A DNA stretch of 64,000 nt from a plasmid, in the sequence record NZ_CP011600.1; one strand, written 5' to 3'. The translations under genes were made by a program, and so were the position numbers. Numbering within the stretch: the first letter of the stretch is position 1; each line of letters opens with the position of its first letter. The notes beneath the pieces were generated by a model, which had not been told where the DNA came from, ran no database searches, and worked only from the letters and a program-made list of their open reading frames with translations. Below are positions 10,992 to 21,357 of this stretch, piece after piece.

Positions 10992-12318
10992 TCTATGGTC
11001 ACTCCCGTTTTTGCAACACCGATTTTGACGACAAGTTGGCTTGCTTGAATCTATCCGGCGTCTGAATGGGATTTTATTCCCGCGCCTCGATGAGTTCCGC
11101 GCCTGATGAACCTCCAGAAAATATACGGCTTCAATGAGCCTTTCCGTTTTACAGGTTCCTCAACAGGCCGGTGGGCCGTTAGTATCATCAATATCAGTAT
11201 TCGCAAAACCAGATGAATGATTGTTTAAACTGGTGTATTTCTGCCTTTATGCTTCGTAAGTTTGCTGTCGCGCCGTCAGTGCCCAGGCTATTCTGGCCAG
11301 CTTGTTTGCCAGAGCACAGGTGACGACAAAGTTGCTTTTCCGACACAACAACTCCCTGACCCAGTCGGCCAACTTGCCAGACTGGTGTTCCAGTTTTTGT
11401 ATGAATACCCTGGCACACTGAACCAACAAAGTTCGGATCTTTTTGTTGCCCCGCTTGCTAATCCCTAACAATGTCGTCCGACCTCCCGTGCTGTACTGTC
11501 GGGGTACCAGCCCTGTTGCCGCCGCAAAGTCACGGCTGCTGGCGTACTGCTTCCCGTCGCCAATCTCAGTTGAAATAGTACTGGCAGTCAGCGTTCCAAC
11601 GCAGGGAATACTCAGCAAGCGCTGTCCAACCTCATCTTCGTCCAACTTTCGTTTCAACTGAGATTCCAGATCTTTAATCTGCTCAACAAGATAGTGATAA
11701 TGCTGTTGTAATTTCAGCAGTAACTGGCTGAGATAAAGAGGCAAACTACTGTCCTCAAGAAGGGTACTCAGTCGACTAATAACGGCAGCACCTCGCGGAA
11801 CGCTGATACCAAATTCCAGCAGAAAAGCATGCATCTGATTAGTTGTTTTCACCTTATCCTGAACCAGGGATTCACGGACACGATGCAGAGCTCGCATTGC
11901 CTGCTGAGATTCGGTTCTGGGCTGCACGAAACGCATAGATGGACGTGATGCTGCTTCACAGATAGCTTCAGCATCAACGAAGTCATTTTTGTTGCTTTTA
12001 ACGAATGGGCGGACAAATTGCGGTGATATCAGCTTTGGAAAATGCCCTAACTCTGCCAGCTTGCGTGCCATAAAGTGAGAACCGCCACAGGCTTCCATCG
12101 CGATGGTTGTTGCCGGGCATGTCGCCAGAAATTCGATTAGCTTTGGTCGGGTGAATTTTTTACGGTAAACGGCCTTCCCACGATGATCCTGACAATGAAT
12201 ATGGAAAGAGTTCTTACCCAGATCGATACCAATAAGCGCAATGTTTTCCATGATGGTTCTCCGAATGAAAGCCTGTCCTCAGCATAGTACTGGGAAGGAG
12301 GGAGTGACCATCTCATTA
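10992..12318 (-). mobile_element. IS5075/IS4321-like element, copy 3 (1327 bp)
   Basis: Identical to copy 1. Confidence 0.85.
11247..12251 (-). CDS. IS110-family transposase
   Basis: Identical 334-aa ORF. Confidence 0.85.
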   Translation of the reverse strand: MENIALIGIDLGKNSFHIHCQDHRGKAVYRKKFTRPKLIEFLATCPATTIAMEACGGSHFMARKLAELGHFPKLISPQFVRPFVKSNKNDFVDAEAICEAASRPSMRFVQPRTESQQAMRALHRVRESLVQDKVKTTNQMHAFLLEFGISVPRGAAVISRLSTLLEDSSLPLYLSQLLLKLQQHYHYLVEQIKDLESQLKRKLDEDEVGQRLLSIPCVGTLTASTISTEIGDGKQYASSRDFAAATGLVPRQYSTGGRTTLLGISKRGNKKIRTLLVQCARVFIQKLEHQSGKLADWVRELLCRKSNFVVTCALANKLARIAWALTARQQTYEA

Positions 12319-12329
12319 AAAATCGTACG

Positions 12330-15299
12330 CTAAGACCCAGAGAGCGGACGTAGCGGTCGGAATTTCCCCACGCCTACTTTGGAGCTACTGCGCCAGAGGT
12401 AATCGCCGGTCAGGTTGATATGCTCCCAACCCAGCGGCGACAGGTACTGCAACAGCCCTTCATCGACACCATGGCCGTGGCCGCGCAAAGCATTCGCGGC
12501 GCGCTCCAGGTAGACCGTGTTCCACAGCACGATGGCCGCCGTCACCAGGTTGAGGCCACTGGCCCGGTAGCGCTGCTGCTCGAAACTGCGGTCGCGGATT
12601 TCGCCCAGCCGGTTGAAGAACACCGCCCTGGCCAGCGCATTGCGGGCTTCGCCCTTGTTCAATCCGGCATGCACACGACGGCGTAGTTCCACGCTTTGCA
12701 GCCAGTCCAAGATGAACAGCGTGCGCTCGATGCGCCCCAGCTCGCGCAGCGCAACGGCCAGGCCGTTCTGGCGCGGGTAGCTGCCGAGCTTGCGCAACAT
12801 CAGCGAGGCCGTCACCGTGCCCTGTTTGATCGAGGTAGCCAGGCGCAGGATTTCATCCCAATGGGCACGAATAGCCTTGATGTTCAACTTGTCGCTGCTA
12901 ATCGTCGGTCTGAGTGCGTCGTAACTGGCTTCACCCTTAGGGATGAACAGCTTGGTGTCGCCCAGGGCGCGGATGCGCGGCGCGAAGCGGAAGCCCAGCA
13001 GATGCATGAGGGCAAAGACATGATCGGTGAAGCCCGCCGTGTCGGTGTAGTGCTCCTCGATGCGCAGGTCGGACTCGTGGTACAGCAGGCCGTCGAGCAC
13101 GTAGGTCGAGTCGCGCACGCCGACGTTCACGACCTTGGTGTGGAACGGCGCGTACTGGTCGGAGATGTGCGTGTAAAACGTCCGCCCTGGGCTGCTGCCA
13201 TATTTCGGGTTGATGTGCCCGGTGCTCTCGGCCTTGCTGCCGGTGCGGAAGTTCTGGCCGTCCGACGATGACGTGGTGCCGTCACCCCAATGCTCGGCGA
13301 AGGGATGCCGGAACTGCGCGTTCACCAATTCGGCCAGCGCCGTCGAATAGGTTTCATCGCGGGTATGCCAGGCTTGTAGCCAGGCGAGCTTGGCATACGT
13401 TGTGCCGGGACAGGACTCGGCCATCTTGGTCAGGCCGAGATTGATCGCGTCGGCCAGTATGGTGGTCAGCAGCAGGTTCTTGTCCTTGGCCAGGTCGCCC
13501 GATTTCAGGTGCGTAAAGTGGCGGGTGAAGCCCGTCCATTCATCCACTTCCATAAGCAGTTCGGTGATCTTGATGTGCGGCAGGATCATCGCGGTCTGGT
13601 CGATCAGCGCCTGCGCGGTGTCAGGCACCGCCGCATCCAGAGGCGTGATCTTCAGGCCAGACTCGGTGATGATGGCGTCCGGCAGGTCGTTGGCCGCCGC
13701 CATGCGGTTGACGGTCGCAAGCTGTGTTTCTAGCAGCGTCAGCCGGTCATGCAGGTACTGGTCGCAGTTGGTGACCACAGCCAGCGGCAGTTCGCTGGCC
13801 AGCTTGAGGCTGGCGAATTTCACAGGCGGTACCAGGTAGTCCTCGAAATCCTTGAACTGGCGTGAGCCTTGCACCCAGATGTCGCCGGAGCGCAGCGCGT
13901 TCTTCAGTTCCGACAGTGCGCACAACTCGTAGTAGCGCCGGTCGATGCCGGCATCGGTCATCACCAGCTTCTGCCAGCGCGGCTTGATGAAGTCGGTCGG
14001 CGCATCGGCAGGCACCTTGCGTGCGTTGTCGCTGTTCATGCCGCGCAGCACCTCGATGGCGTCCAGCACATCCTTGGCAGCGGGCGCAGCCCGCAGCTTG
14101 AGCACGGCGAGGAATTCCGGCGCGTACCGGCGTAACGTGGCGTAGCTCTCGCCGATGCGGTGCAGGAAATCGAAGTCCTCGGGCTGCGCGAGCTTCTGCG
14201 CTTCGGTGACATTTTCGGCGAAAGCATCCCAGGATAGTACGCCCTCGATGGCGGCGAACGGATCGCGGCCCGCTTGCTTGGCCTCGATCAGCGCCTGGCC
14301 GATGCGCCCGAACAGCCGCACCTTGGCGTTGATCGCCTTGCCGGATGCCTGAAACTGCTGCTGATGCTTGTTCTTGGCGGCGTTGAACAGCTTGCCCAGG
14401 ATGCGGTCGTGCAAGTCGATGATTTCGTCGGTGACCGTGGCCATGCCCTCGATGGCGAGCGCGACCAGGGTGGCGTAGCGCCGCTGCGCCTCGAACTTGG
14501 CCAGGTCGGCGGGTGTCATCTGGCCACCCTCGCGGGCGATCTTGAGCAGGCGATTCTGGTGCACCGACCGCTCGACGCCGGAAGGCAGGTCGAGCGCCTG
14601 CCATGCCTTGAGGCGTTCGATGTGTTCGAGCATGTGCCGCGAATTGGGCTTGACGGGTGACTGGCGCAGCCAGGCCAGCCAGGTCGTTTTGCCGTTGTCC
14701 CGGCGTTTGAGCAGATCGTCAAGGCGGCGACGATGCGCGTCCGATAGCGGTTCGGACAAGGTTTCGTAGATTTGCCGGTTGGCGCGGGTGATCGCCTCGG
14801 CACAGACGCGCTCGACAACATCCAGCGTCGGCAAGATGACGTGTCGGTGCCGCAGGTCGTCGAGAACACTGTTGGCCAGCATGATGCCCTTGTCGGTTTG
14901 CAAGGCCAACTCGGTCGCGGCATGGACAGCCTGCCGATAGTGCGCCAGGCCGAACGGCTCCATGCCCAAATATGCACGCAGCTCAAGCAGATGCTCGCGC
15001 CGGGTTTCTTCCCTCTCTGCATACTGTGGCCAGCACGATGGATCGATGCGCAGTTGCCGTCCGATCCATTGCAGCAGGGGCATCGGCACCGCAGCGTCGG
15101 GCAGCAGGCCCTGACCGGGAAAGCGCAATAAGCATAATTGCACCGCGACACCCAGGCGGTTGGCGTCACCGCGCCGCTGGCGGATTAGTGACAGGTCGGG
15201 TTCGCTGAACGTGTAGAGCCGGATGAGTTCGTCTTGGGTATCGGGCAACGCCAAGAGACTGTCGCGCTCTGCGGCGGAGAGGATTGAACGGCGGGGCAT
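12330..15299 (-). CDS. tnpA: Tn3-family (Tn21-subgroup-like) transposase TnpA
   Basis: 989 aa; [21 protein letters not shown]-terminus resembles the Tn21 TnpA N-terminus as recalled from memory; the stop lies within the IR. Confidence 0.9.
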   Translation of the reverse strand: MPRRSILSAAERDSLLALPDTQDELIRLYTFSEPDLSLIRQRRGDANRLGVAVQLCLLRFPGQGLLPDAAVPMPLLQWIGRQLRIDPSCWPQYAEREETRREHLLELRAYLGMEPFGLAHYRQAVHAATELALQTDKGIMLANSVLDDLRHRHVILPTLDVVERVCAEAITRANRQIYETLSEPLSDAHRRRLDDLLKRRDNGKTTWLAWLRQSPVKPNSRHMLEHIERLKAWQALDLPSGVERSVHQNRLLKIAREGGQMTPADLAKFEAQRRYATLVALAIEGMATVTDEIIDLHDRILGKLFNAAKNKHQQQFQASGKAINAKVRLFGRIGQALIEAKQAGRDPFAAIEGVLSWDAFAENVTEAQKLAQPEDFDFLHRIGESYATLRRYAPEFLAVLKLRAAPAAKDVLDAIEVLRGMNSDNARKVPADAPTDFIKPRWQKLVMTDAGIDRRYYELCALSELKNALRSGDIWVQGSRQFKDFEDYLVPPVKFASLKLASELPLAVVTNCDQYLHDRLTLLETQLATVNRMAAANDLPDAIITESGLKITPLDAAVPDTAQALIDQTAMILPHIKITELLMEVDEWTGFTRHFTHLKSGDLAKDKNLLLTTILADAINLGLTKMAESCPGTTYAKLAWLQAWHTRDETYSTALAELVNAQFRHPFAEHWGDGTTSSSDGQNFRTGSKAESTGHINPKYGSSPGRTFYTHISDQYAPFHTKVVNVGVRDSTYVLDGLLYHESDLRIEEHYTDTAGFTDHVFALMHLLGFRFAPRIRALGDTKLFIPKGEASYDALRPTISSDKLNIKAIRAHWDEILRLATSIKQGTVTASLMLRKLGSYPRQNGLAVALRELGRIERTLFILDWLQSVELRRRVHAGLNKGEARNALARAVFFNRLGEIRDRSFEQQRYRASGLNLVTAAIVLWNTVYLERAANALRGHGHGVDEGLLQYLSPLGWEHINLTGDYLWRSSSKVGVGKFRPLRPLSGS

Positions 15300-15344
15300 G
15301 CAGTCTCCTTCTTCTCAAAAACGTAGGTTTGCGACAATCCCGCT

Positions 15345-15460
15345 CAACCCTCTGGCGCGGTACAGCAAATCAATGCGTTGCGATTCTCGAAAACAGTTCT
15401 TGAAACTTTATTCTTGAATTCTTATCATATCAACGCGTTTCGAGAAATAGTGATGTAGCC
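15345..15460 (+). promoter_or_regulatory. putative res site / operon promoter of Tn#3
   Basis: Lies between divergent tnpA and the small-ORF/tnpR unit; shares the about 85-bp conserved core with 5608-5700. Confidence 0.6.
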
Positions 15461-15509
15461 AACCGCTGCCCCAAGTGGCTTTGACGTGTTTACGAAAGGA
15501 GAAAGACTC

Positions 15510-15806
15510 ATGGGTATTTTTGACAGACTTTTCGGTGGCCACCACGGTGGCGGTTACAGCGGTGGTGGGCATCACGGTGGTGGGCATCACGGTGGTGGCG
15601 GTGGGTACGGAAGCGGCGGGCCGCCAGCGGGCGGGTGGGGTAATGGCGGCCTTGCTTGCCCCAACTGCAAGGCATCTAACGCGCCAGGCGCTCGCTTCTG
15701 CCAGCAGTGCGGGACTTCGTTGGTTCCTTCGGCTTGCGCGCAATGCGGAACCACACTGCAACCGGGTACGAAGTTTTGCGCTCAGTGCGGCAAGGCAGCG
15801 GTCTGA
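15510..15806 (+). CDS. small Gly/His-rich protein with C-terminal double zinc ribbon (98 aa)
   Basis: AAAGGAG SD 8 nt upstream of the ATG; N-terminus FGGHHGGGYSGGGHHGGGHHGGGGGYGSGG (includes a tandem 15-bp DNA repeat); C-terminus CPNC..(17 aa)..CQQC..(8 aa)..CAQC..(9 aa)..CAQC; its stop is 7 bp upstream of tnpR. Confidence 0.6.
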   Translation: MGIFDRLFGGHHGGGYSGGGHHGGGHHGGGGGYGSGGPPAGGWGNGGLACPNCKASNAPGARFCQQCGTSLVPSACAQCGTTLQPGTKFCAQCGKAAV

Positions 15807-15813
15807 CCGTGCC

Positions 15814-16380
15814 ATGCTCGTCGGCTATGCGCGCGTCTCGACGCAGGATCAGAACCTGGAGCTACAGCGAGAGGCCTTGACCCAGGCCGGGTGCCAAAAG
15901 CTCTTTGAGGACAAATTAAGCGGCACGAGAGCCGAGCGCCCCGGCTTGGCCAAGGCGCTTGAAATGCTACGCAAGGGAGACACGCTGGTCGTCTGGAAGC
16001 TGGATCGCCTGGGCCGTAGCGTCAAGCAATTGGTCGATCTGGTCAGCGAGTTGCACAAGCAGAGCATCCAGTTCAAGAGTCTCACCGACGCCATCGACAC
16101 CGGCACGCCGTCGGGACGGTTCTTCTTTCACGTCATGGCCAGCCTCGCCGAAATGGAGCGCGAGCTGACGGTGGAGCGGACCCGTGCAGGATTGGCGGTC
16201 GCCCGGCTGTCAGGCCGCAAGGGAGGACGCAAACCGAAGATGACCAAAAGCAAGATTGAATCGGCCAAGAAACTGCTCGCCAGCGGGATCGCTCCCAAGG
16301 ACGTGGCCAAGAACCTCGGGGTCTCAATCCCGACGTTGTATCGCTGGGTGCCGGCTTCCGGTCACGCTGAACAAAAATGA
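15814..16380 (+). CDS. tnpR: serine recombinase (resolvase) TnpR
   Basis: 188 aa from MLVGYARVSTQDQNLELQ; the longer 301-aa ORF call is an upstream over-extension. Confidence 0.9.
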   Translation: MLVGYARVSTQDQNLELQREALTQAGCQKLFEDKLSGTRAERPGLAKALEMLRKGDTLVVWKLDRLGRSVKQLVDLVSELHKQSIQFKSLTDAIDTGTPSGRFFFHVMASLAEMERELTVERTRAGLAVARLSGRKGGRKPKMTKSKIESAKKLLASGIAPKDVAKNLGVSIPTLYRWVPASGHAEQK

Positions 16381-16399
16381 ACTCAGAAGAAGGACGAAG

Positions 16400-17359
16400 A
16401 TGAGCACCAATCACTCCCATGCCCTACCCAGCGAGCGCAATGAAAAATCGCTCTGGATCGCCCTGGCGCTGACCGGAAGCTTCCTGCTGGCCGAAGTCGC
16501 CGCAGGCATTGTTTTCAACAGCCTGGCCCTGCTCTCAGATGCGGCGCACATGTTCACGGATGCAGCGGCGCTGGCCATCGCCTTGGCGGCTGTACGGGTG
16601 GCGAGACGGCCAGCCGATGCCAAGCGCACCTATGGCTACTACCGCTTCGAAATCCTTGCGGCCGCATTCAACGCCCTGTTGCTCTTCGGCGTCGCTGGCT
16701 ACATCCTGTATGAGGGCTGGCAGCGTTTGCGCGAGCCAGCGCAGGTTCAGTCCAGCGGGATGCTGGTGGTAGCAGTGCTGGGTCTGATCGTCAACCTCAT
16801 CAGCATGCGTATGCTTCAGGGCGGCAAGGACAAGAGCCTCAACGTCAAAGGCGCTTATCTGGAGGTCTGGAGCGACATGCTTGGCTCCATCGGCGTGATC
16901 GGAGCTGCGCTGGTCATCCGATTCACCGGCTGGGTGTGGGTAGATGCGGTCGTCGCCGTGGCAATTGGGCTTTGGGTGCTGCCACGAACTTGGCTGCTAC
17001 TCAAGGAAAGCCTGAATGTCTTGCTGGAGGGAGTCCCAGACGGCATTGACATGGGAGCCTTGATGGCATCTGTTCAGGCCGTGCCAGGCGTGACAGGGCT
17101 GCATGACTTGCACGTATGGGCGCTCACGAGCGGCAAGGTCAGCATGACCGCTCATATCGTGTATGCGCCGGAAATAGGGCCCGACGAGTTGCTCAAAACC
17201 CTCAAGTTGTTGCTGGCTGACCGATTCAGCATCTTCCATACGACGCTGCAACTGGAGATTGTTGCCTGTGAGCACAGCGTCGATGGGTGCAACTTCGTGG
17301 ATCATCGCCACAAAGAACCGAGTTCTCAACCAGACCAAGCCGCAGCCCGGCAGGCGTGA
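16400..17359 (+). CDS. czcD: cation diffusion facilitator (CzcD-like Zn/Co/Cd efflux)
   Basis: 319 aa from MSTNHSHALP; six TM helices with the CDF signature HxxxD pairs (HMFTDAAAL, SDMLGSIGV) and a His-rich N-terminus. Confidence 0.8.
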   Translation: MSTNHSHALPSERNEKSLWIALALTGSFLLAEVAAGIVFNSLALLSDAAHMFTDAAALAIALAAVRVARRPADAKRTYGYYRFEILAAAFNALLLFGVAGYILYEGWQRLREPAQVQSSGMLVVAVLGLIVNLISMRMLQGGKDKSLNVKGAYLEVWSDMLGSIGVIGAALVIRFTGWVWVDAVVAVAIGLWVLPRTWLLLKESLNVLLEGVPDGIDMGALMASVQAVPGVTGLHDLHVWALTSGKVSMTAHIVYAPEIGPDELLKTLKLLLADRFSIFHTTLQLEIVACEHSVDGCNFVDHRHKEPSSQPDQAAARQA

Positions 17360-17412
17360 CTAATGGGACTCCTACTACCCGGCTAGCCAAACCGGTCTTA
17401 GCGTACGATTTT

Positions 17413-18739
17413 TAATGAGATGGTCACTCCCTCCTTCCCAGTACTATGCTGAGGACAGGCTTTCATTCGGAGAACCATCATGGAAAACATTGCGCTTATT
17501 GGTATCGATCTGGGTAAGAACTCTTTCCATATTCATTGTCAGGATCATCGTGGGAAGGCCGTTTACCGTAAAAAATTCACCCGACCAAAGCTAATCGAAT
17601 TTCTGGCGACATGCCCGGCAACAACCATCGCGATGGAAGCCTGTGGCGGTTCTCACTTTATGGCACGCAAGCTGGCAGAGTTAGGGCATTTTCCAAAGCT
17701 GATATCACCGCAATTTGTCCGCCCATTCGTTAAAAGCAACAAAAATGACTTCGTTGATGCTGAAGCTATCTGTGAAGCAGCATCACGTCCATCTATGCGT
17801 TTCGTGCAGCCCAGAACCGAATCTCAGCAGGCAATGCGAGCTCTGCATCGTGTCCGTGAATCCCTGGTTCAGGATAAGGTGAAAACAACTAATCAGATGC
17901 ATGCTTTTCTGCTGGAATTTGGTATCAGCGTTCCGCGAGGTGCTGCCGTTATTAGTCGACTGAGTACCCTTCTTGAGGACAGTAGTTTGCCTCTTTATCT
18001 CAGCCAGTTACTGCTGAAATTACAACAGCATTATCACTATCTTGTTGAGCAGATTAAAGATCTGGAATCTCAGTTGAAACGAAAGTTGGACGAAGATGAG
18101 GTTGGACAGCGCTTGCTGAGTATTCCCTGCGTTGGAACGCTGACTGCCAGTACTATTTCAACTGAGATTGGCGACGGGAAGCAGTACGCCAGCAGCCGTG
18201 ACTTTGCGGCGGCAACAGGGCTGGTACCCCGACAGTACAGCACGGGAGGTCGGACGACATTGTTAGGGATTAGCAAGCGGGGCAACAAAAAGATCCGAAC
18301 TTTGTTGGTTCAGTGTGCCAGGGTATTCATACAAAAACTGGAACACCAGTCTGGCAAGTTGGCCGACTGGGTCAGGGAGTTGTTGTGTCGGAAAAGCAAC
18401 TTTGTCGTCACCTGTGCTCTGGCAAACAAGCTGGCCAGAATAGCCTGGGCACTGACGGCGCGACAGCAAACTTACGAAGCATAAAGGCAGAAATACACCA
18501 GTTTAAACAATCATTCATCTGGTTTTGCGAATACTGATATTGATGATACTAACGGCCCACCGGCCTGTTGAGGAACCTGTAAAACGGAAAGGCTCATTGA
18601 AGCCGTATATTTTCTGGAGGTTCATCAGGCGCGGAACTCATCGAGGCGCGGGAATAAAATCCCATTCAGACGCCGGATAGATTCAAGCAAGCCAACTTGT
18701 CGTCAAAATCGGTGTTGCAAAAACGGGAGTGACCATAGA
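17413..18739 (+). mobile_element. IS5075/IS4321-like element, copy 4 (1327 bp, inverted relative to the others)
   Basis: Identical sequence in the opposite orientation, consistent with the orientation-specific IR target. Confidence 0.85.
17480..18484 (+). CDS. IS110-family transposase
   Basis: Identical 334-aa ORF. Confidence 0.85.
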   Translation: MENIALIGIDLGKNSFHIHCQDHRGKAVYRKKFTRPKLIEFLATCPATTIAMEACGGSHFMARKLAELGHFPKLISPQFVRPFVKSNKNDFVDAEAICEAASRPSMRFVQPRTESQQAMRALHRVRESLVQDKVKTTNQMHAFLLEFGISVPRGAAVISRLSTLLEDSSLPLYLSQLLLKLQQHYHYLVEQIKDLESQLKRKLDEDEVGQRLLSIPCVGTLTASTISTEIGDGKQYASSRDFAAATGLVPRQYSTGGRTTLLGISKRGNKKIRTLLVQCARVFIQKLEHQSGKLADWVRELLCRKSNFVVTCALANKLARIAWALTARQQTYEA

Positions 18740-18761
18740 TTCCGTTTTCTGAGACGACCCC

Positions 18762-20366
18762 ACCAAGGGCAGCCATGGCATTGACCTCTTCAAGTCTGGA
18801 CTGAAGCAGAGTCATACGGCTGGCAATGTACTCATGATAATCAGCAGATACGGGCAGTGGCAGCGCCGGTGTGAGTTTGTCAAAGTCCTTTTCGGGAATG
18901 AGGTAATCATCAAAATTTTTGTAGCGGCGTGAGCCTTTAACCCAGATGTCCCCGGAGCGCAACGCTCCCTTAAGCTCGCTGAGCGCACAAAATTCATAAT
19001 ACTGCCGGTCAATACCCGCAGGTGTAATCACCACCTTGCGCCAGCTTTCAGGGACAAACTCAAGCGGCGCAGTCGCCGGAACTTTACGTGACTGCTTCCG
19101 GTACATATCCTTGATCACAACCAGCGCATCAGCCAGAGGTTGTGCTGCCGGGGTTGCGACTAACTGTAAAGCGGACAACATGCGCGGGGCATATTTCCGT
19201 AATGTGCTGTATTTCTCAGTAATAATATGCAGCGGGTCAAAATTATTTTTTCTGGCGAGATGGCGTGTTTCCTCCAGACTGGCGACAAATTCAGGCCACG
19301 GGAGTATGTTTTCTATTGCGAGCCATGGATCGCCACCGGAGTCGCGGGCATCAGACAGCGCCTGACCAACATCGATGTACTGCCTCAGTTTGGACTGGAT
19401 CAGCTTTCCGGTCTGCTGAAGGCGCTCAGCCTGTGTTCTTTTGGCTTTGTTGAAAAGGCTGTTCAGCATTCGTTCATGCAGCTCAATCACTTCGTCTGTC
19501 AGTGTGGCTCTGGCTTCTTCCAGCACGCAGACCAGGATCGCATGACGGCGGGCTGCTGAAAATCGGGTCAAATCCCGGCTACTCATCTTTCGGCCTTCCC
19601 GCGCCAGTTTCAGCAACCGGTTCTGGTGAATGGTACGATCTATACCTTCAGGTAATGCCAGCGATTCAATGCTGCTGAGCCGATCAAGATGTTGCAGTAC
19701 GTTCTTACCATTGATTTTACCCGGCGGTTGCAGAAGCCATGTCAGCCTGGAAGGCTGATTATCTGATGACTCAAGTAAACGATCCAGGGCATCCCGGTGC
19801 GCCGGAGTTAACGGGGCATTCAGGGTCTGAAATACGATTTTATCTCCGCCAGCCATGGCCTCCGCACAGGTCCGCTCCACGACATCAATCGCGGGAATTA
19901 TCACGTTGTTCTGCCGGAGCCAGACCAGTAACTCTTCGGCCAGGAGAATACCTTTATCGGTGCGCGTCGCCATCGACAACAGGTGCGTAATACCGTCCTG
20001 CTGTATTTTGCCGGTGAACGCCTTTACGCCAAGATAGCGGTACAGTTCGGTTAAATGCTCACGCCGGGTCGTATCCCTGCCGGAAAGGTAAGCAGGCCAG
20101 AGATCCCCGGTAAGCTTTAGCCTGCTGGCGATATGCTTCAGCAGCGCATCAGAGGGTGGGATTTTTTTATCCGGAGCAAAGCCGACATTTTTCAGGTAGC
20201 AAAGAAGGACGGCAAAACCAAAACGGCTGGCAGGTTTACGGTGAGCACTGATAAGTGCCAGATCATGCTCACTGAAATAGGCCATTCGGGTCAGCGTTAA
20301 CTCATCATCTGGCAATGCCAGTAATGATTCTCTTTCCGACAGAGAAAGAATCTGCCTCCTTGCCAT
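18762..20366 (-). pseudogene. tnpA: 3'-truncated Tn3-family transposase gene (N-terminal about 535 aa of about 990)
   Basis: MARRQILSLSERESLLALPDD... is colinear with the TnpA at 12330-15299 but only about 45% identical; the frame runs into the Tn#3 IR/IS copy 4 at 18761. Confidence 0.75.
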
Positions 20367-20444
20367 ATAGTTTCCCTCATAAATTATTTGATGCGGAATT
20401 TTTAACAAAAATGGTATCGCATAAGGGTACACCCTATTGCTATA

Positions 20445-20498
20445 GGCAAGCCTGTTCAAAAAACAGGCTTGCCGTACAATAATTCTCTATATCCAAAC
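20445..20498 (+). repeat. repeat R1 (11-bp-stem hairpin GGCAAGCCTGTT-CAAAAA-ACAGGCTTGCC plus a core shared with R2)
   Basis: Core CAAAAAACAGGCTTGCCGTACAATAATTCTC... recurs at 21000-21040 with about 32/41 identity. Confidence 0.5.
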
Positions 20499-20540
20499 TG
20501 ACCCCTAAGAGACTGGCAAACCATACATAACCTTGAAACG

Positions 20541-20939
20541 TTGGCCGAACGCGCCGGGCTGGCGACGCGCAGTGATGCGGGTCACAAGTCGATTTCTCGT
20601 GCCAGCCGGGGATGTGATCGCCTCTCCTGGCTTAATGCCATCATCTCGGAAAAAGCCCCTTTCAACCCTTATGACGCCCGTTGCGCCTGCAAGCACATTG
20701 AGGTTACAGAGGATTTCTTCGCCATTCTCGGCATCCCGCTAAAACAGGTTTACCGGGAACGCGCCAGGCTGCTTAAGGCCAACCCGGAAGAAATCATATC
20801 CTCCGGGGATGTCCGGTTAATCGCTATCAAGGTTGAGAACTGGACGCGTAAGGCCGCTGCCGGGTTAGCCAGGATGAAAGCGAAGCGTGAAGTGGCTCGC
20901 CAGCGCAAACAGGAATACTACTCCCTAACCTTTGCCTGA
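20541..20939 (+). CDS. hypothetical protein (about 132 aa, non-ATG start, no clear SD)
   Basis: Only a long ORF between direct repeats R1 and R2; could be a GC-driven artefact. Confidence 0.3.
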   Translation: MAERAGLATRSDAGHKSISRASRGCDRLSWLNAIISEKAPFNPYDARCACKHIEVTEDFFAILGIPLKQVYRERARLLKANPEEIISSGDVRLIAIKVENWTRKAAAGLARMKAKREVARQRKQEYYSLTFA

Positions 20940-20999
20940 TCCCCGCCTACTACCGCCTTAGCTGGCGGGGATTCTGCACGTCTGCAATAAACCTCAGTA

Positions 21000-21040
21000 C
21001 AAAAAACAGCCTTAACGTACAATAATTTTCGAAATCCAAC
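21000..21040 (+). repeat. repeat R2 (direct copy of the R1 core)
   Basis: CAAAAAACAGCCTTAACGTACAATAATTTTCGAAATCCAAC. Confidence 0.5.
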
Positions 21041-21312
21041 CCATCCCGCCTACAGGAATGACGGATTTTTCGGCGGTTCCGGCGTAGACCCACCACAACT
21101 GCTGTATAGCTTGTGGGTAAGTGATAATGAAGTGCAAACGAGATGGCGCAAATACTCTTTTGGTTTATCTTTTAATTACTTACGTATTAAAAGATAAACC
21201 AAAAAATAAAAGACATTACTGTTATCCCCTTTAAAAAGTGGATAACCGAACAGCATCGGCGCGAGCGCCTCAAAAGTAGCTCCCCACGCTAAAGCGCGGG
21301 GCATTCAGAACG

Positions 21313-21357
21313 GAATCCCTCGATGGCTAACAGGCGAGCTGTTAGCCATCGAGGGAT
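21313..21357. other. perfect 20-bp-stem hairpin (AATCCCTCGATGGCTAACAG-gcgag-CTGTTAGCCATCGAGGGATT)
   Basis: Seen directly; there is no flanking T-run, so it is not a canonical terminator. Confidence 0.6.

Larger units (their letters stand above)
10971..12334 (+). repeat. left 37/38-bp IR of Tn#3 (GGGGTCACCTCAGAAAACGGA / AAAATCGTACGCTAAG, Tn501/Tn1721-type inner half) split by IS copy 3
   Basis: Outer GGGG at 10971; the inner CTAAG overlaps the tnpA stop. Confidence 0.75.
17397..18761 (-). repeat. right IR of Tn#3 (minus strand GGGGTCGTCTCAGAAAACGGAA / AAAATCGTACGCTAAG) split by IS copy 4
   Basis: The inner half matches the left IR; the outer half is Tn21-type and differs from the left IR at 2 positions plus 1 nt. 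Confidence 0.7.

Noticed and set aside
12420-15169. Multiple 60-285-aa ORFs antisense or out-of-frame within tnpA, for example 13747-14604 and 14516-15169
   Set aside because: They are embedded in a high-GC gene on the opposite strand, have Ala/Arg/Pro-rich low-complexity translations, and have no SD. These are classic GC-bias artefacts.
15475-16380. 301-aa ORF fusing upstream sequence to tnpR
   Set aside because: It is an over-extension in the tnpR frame. The upstream region is better explained by the separate zinc-ribbon ORF (15510-15806, different frame) and tnpR starting at ATG 15814.
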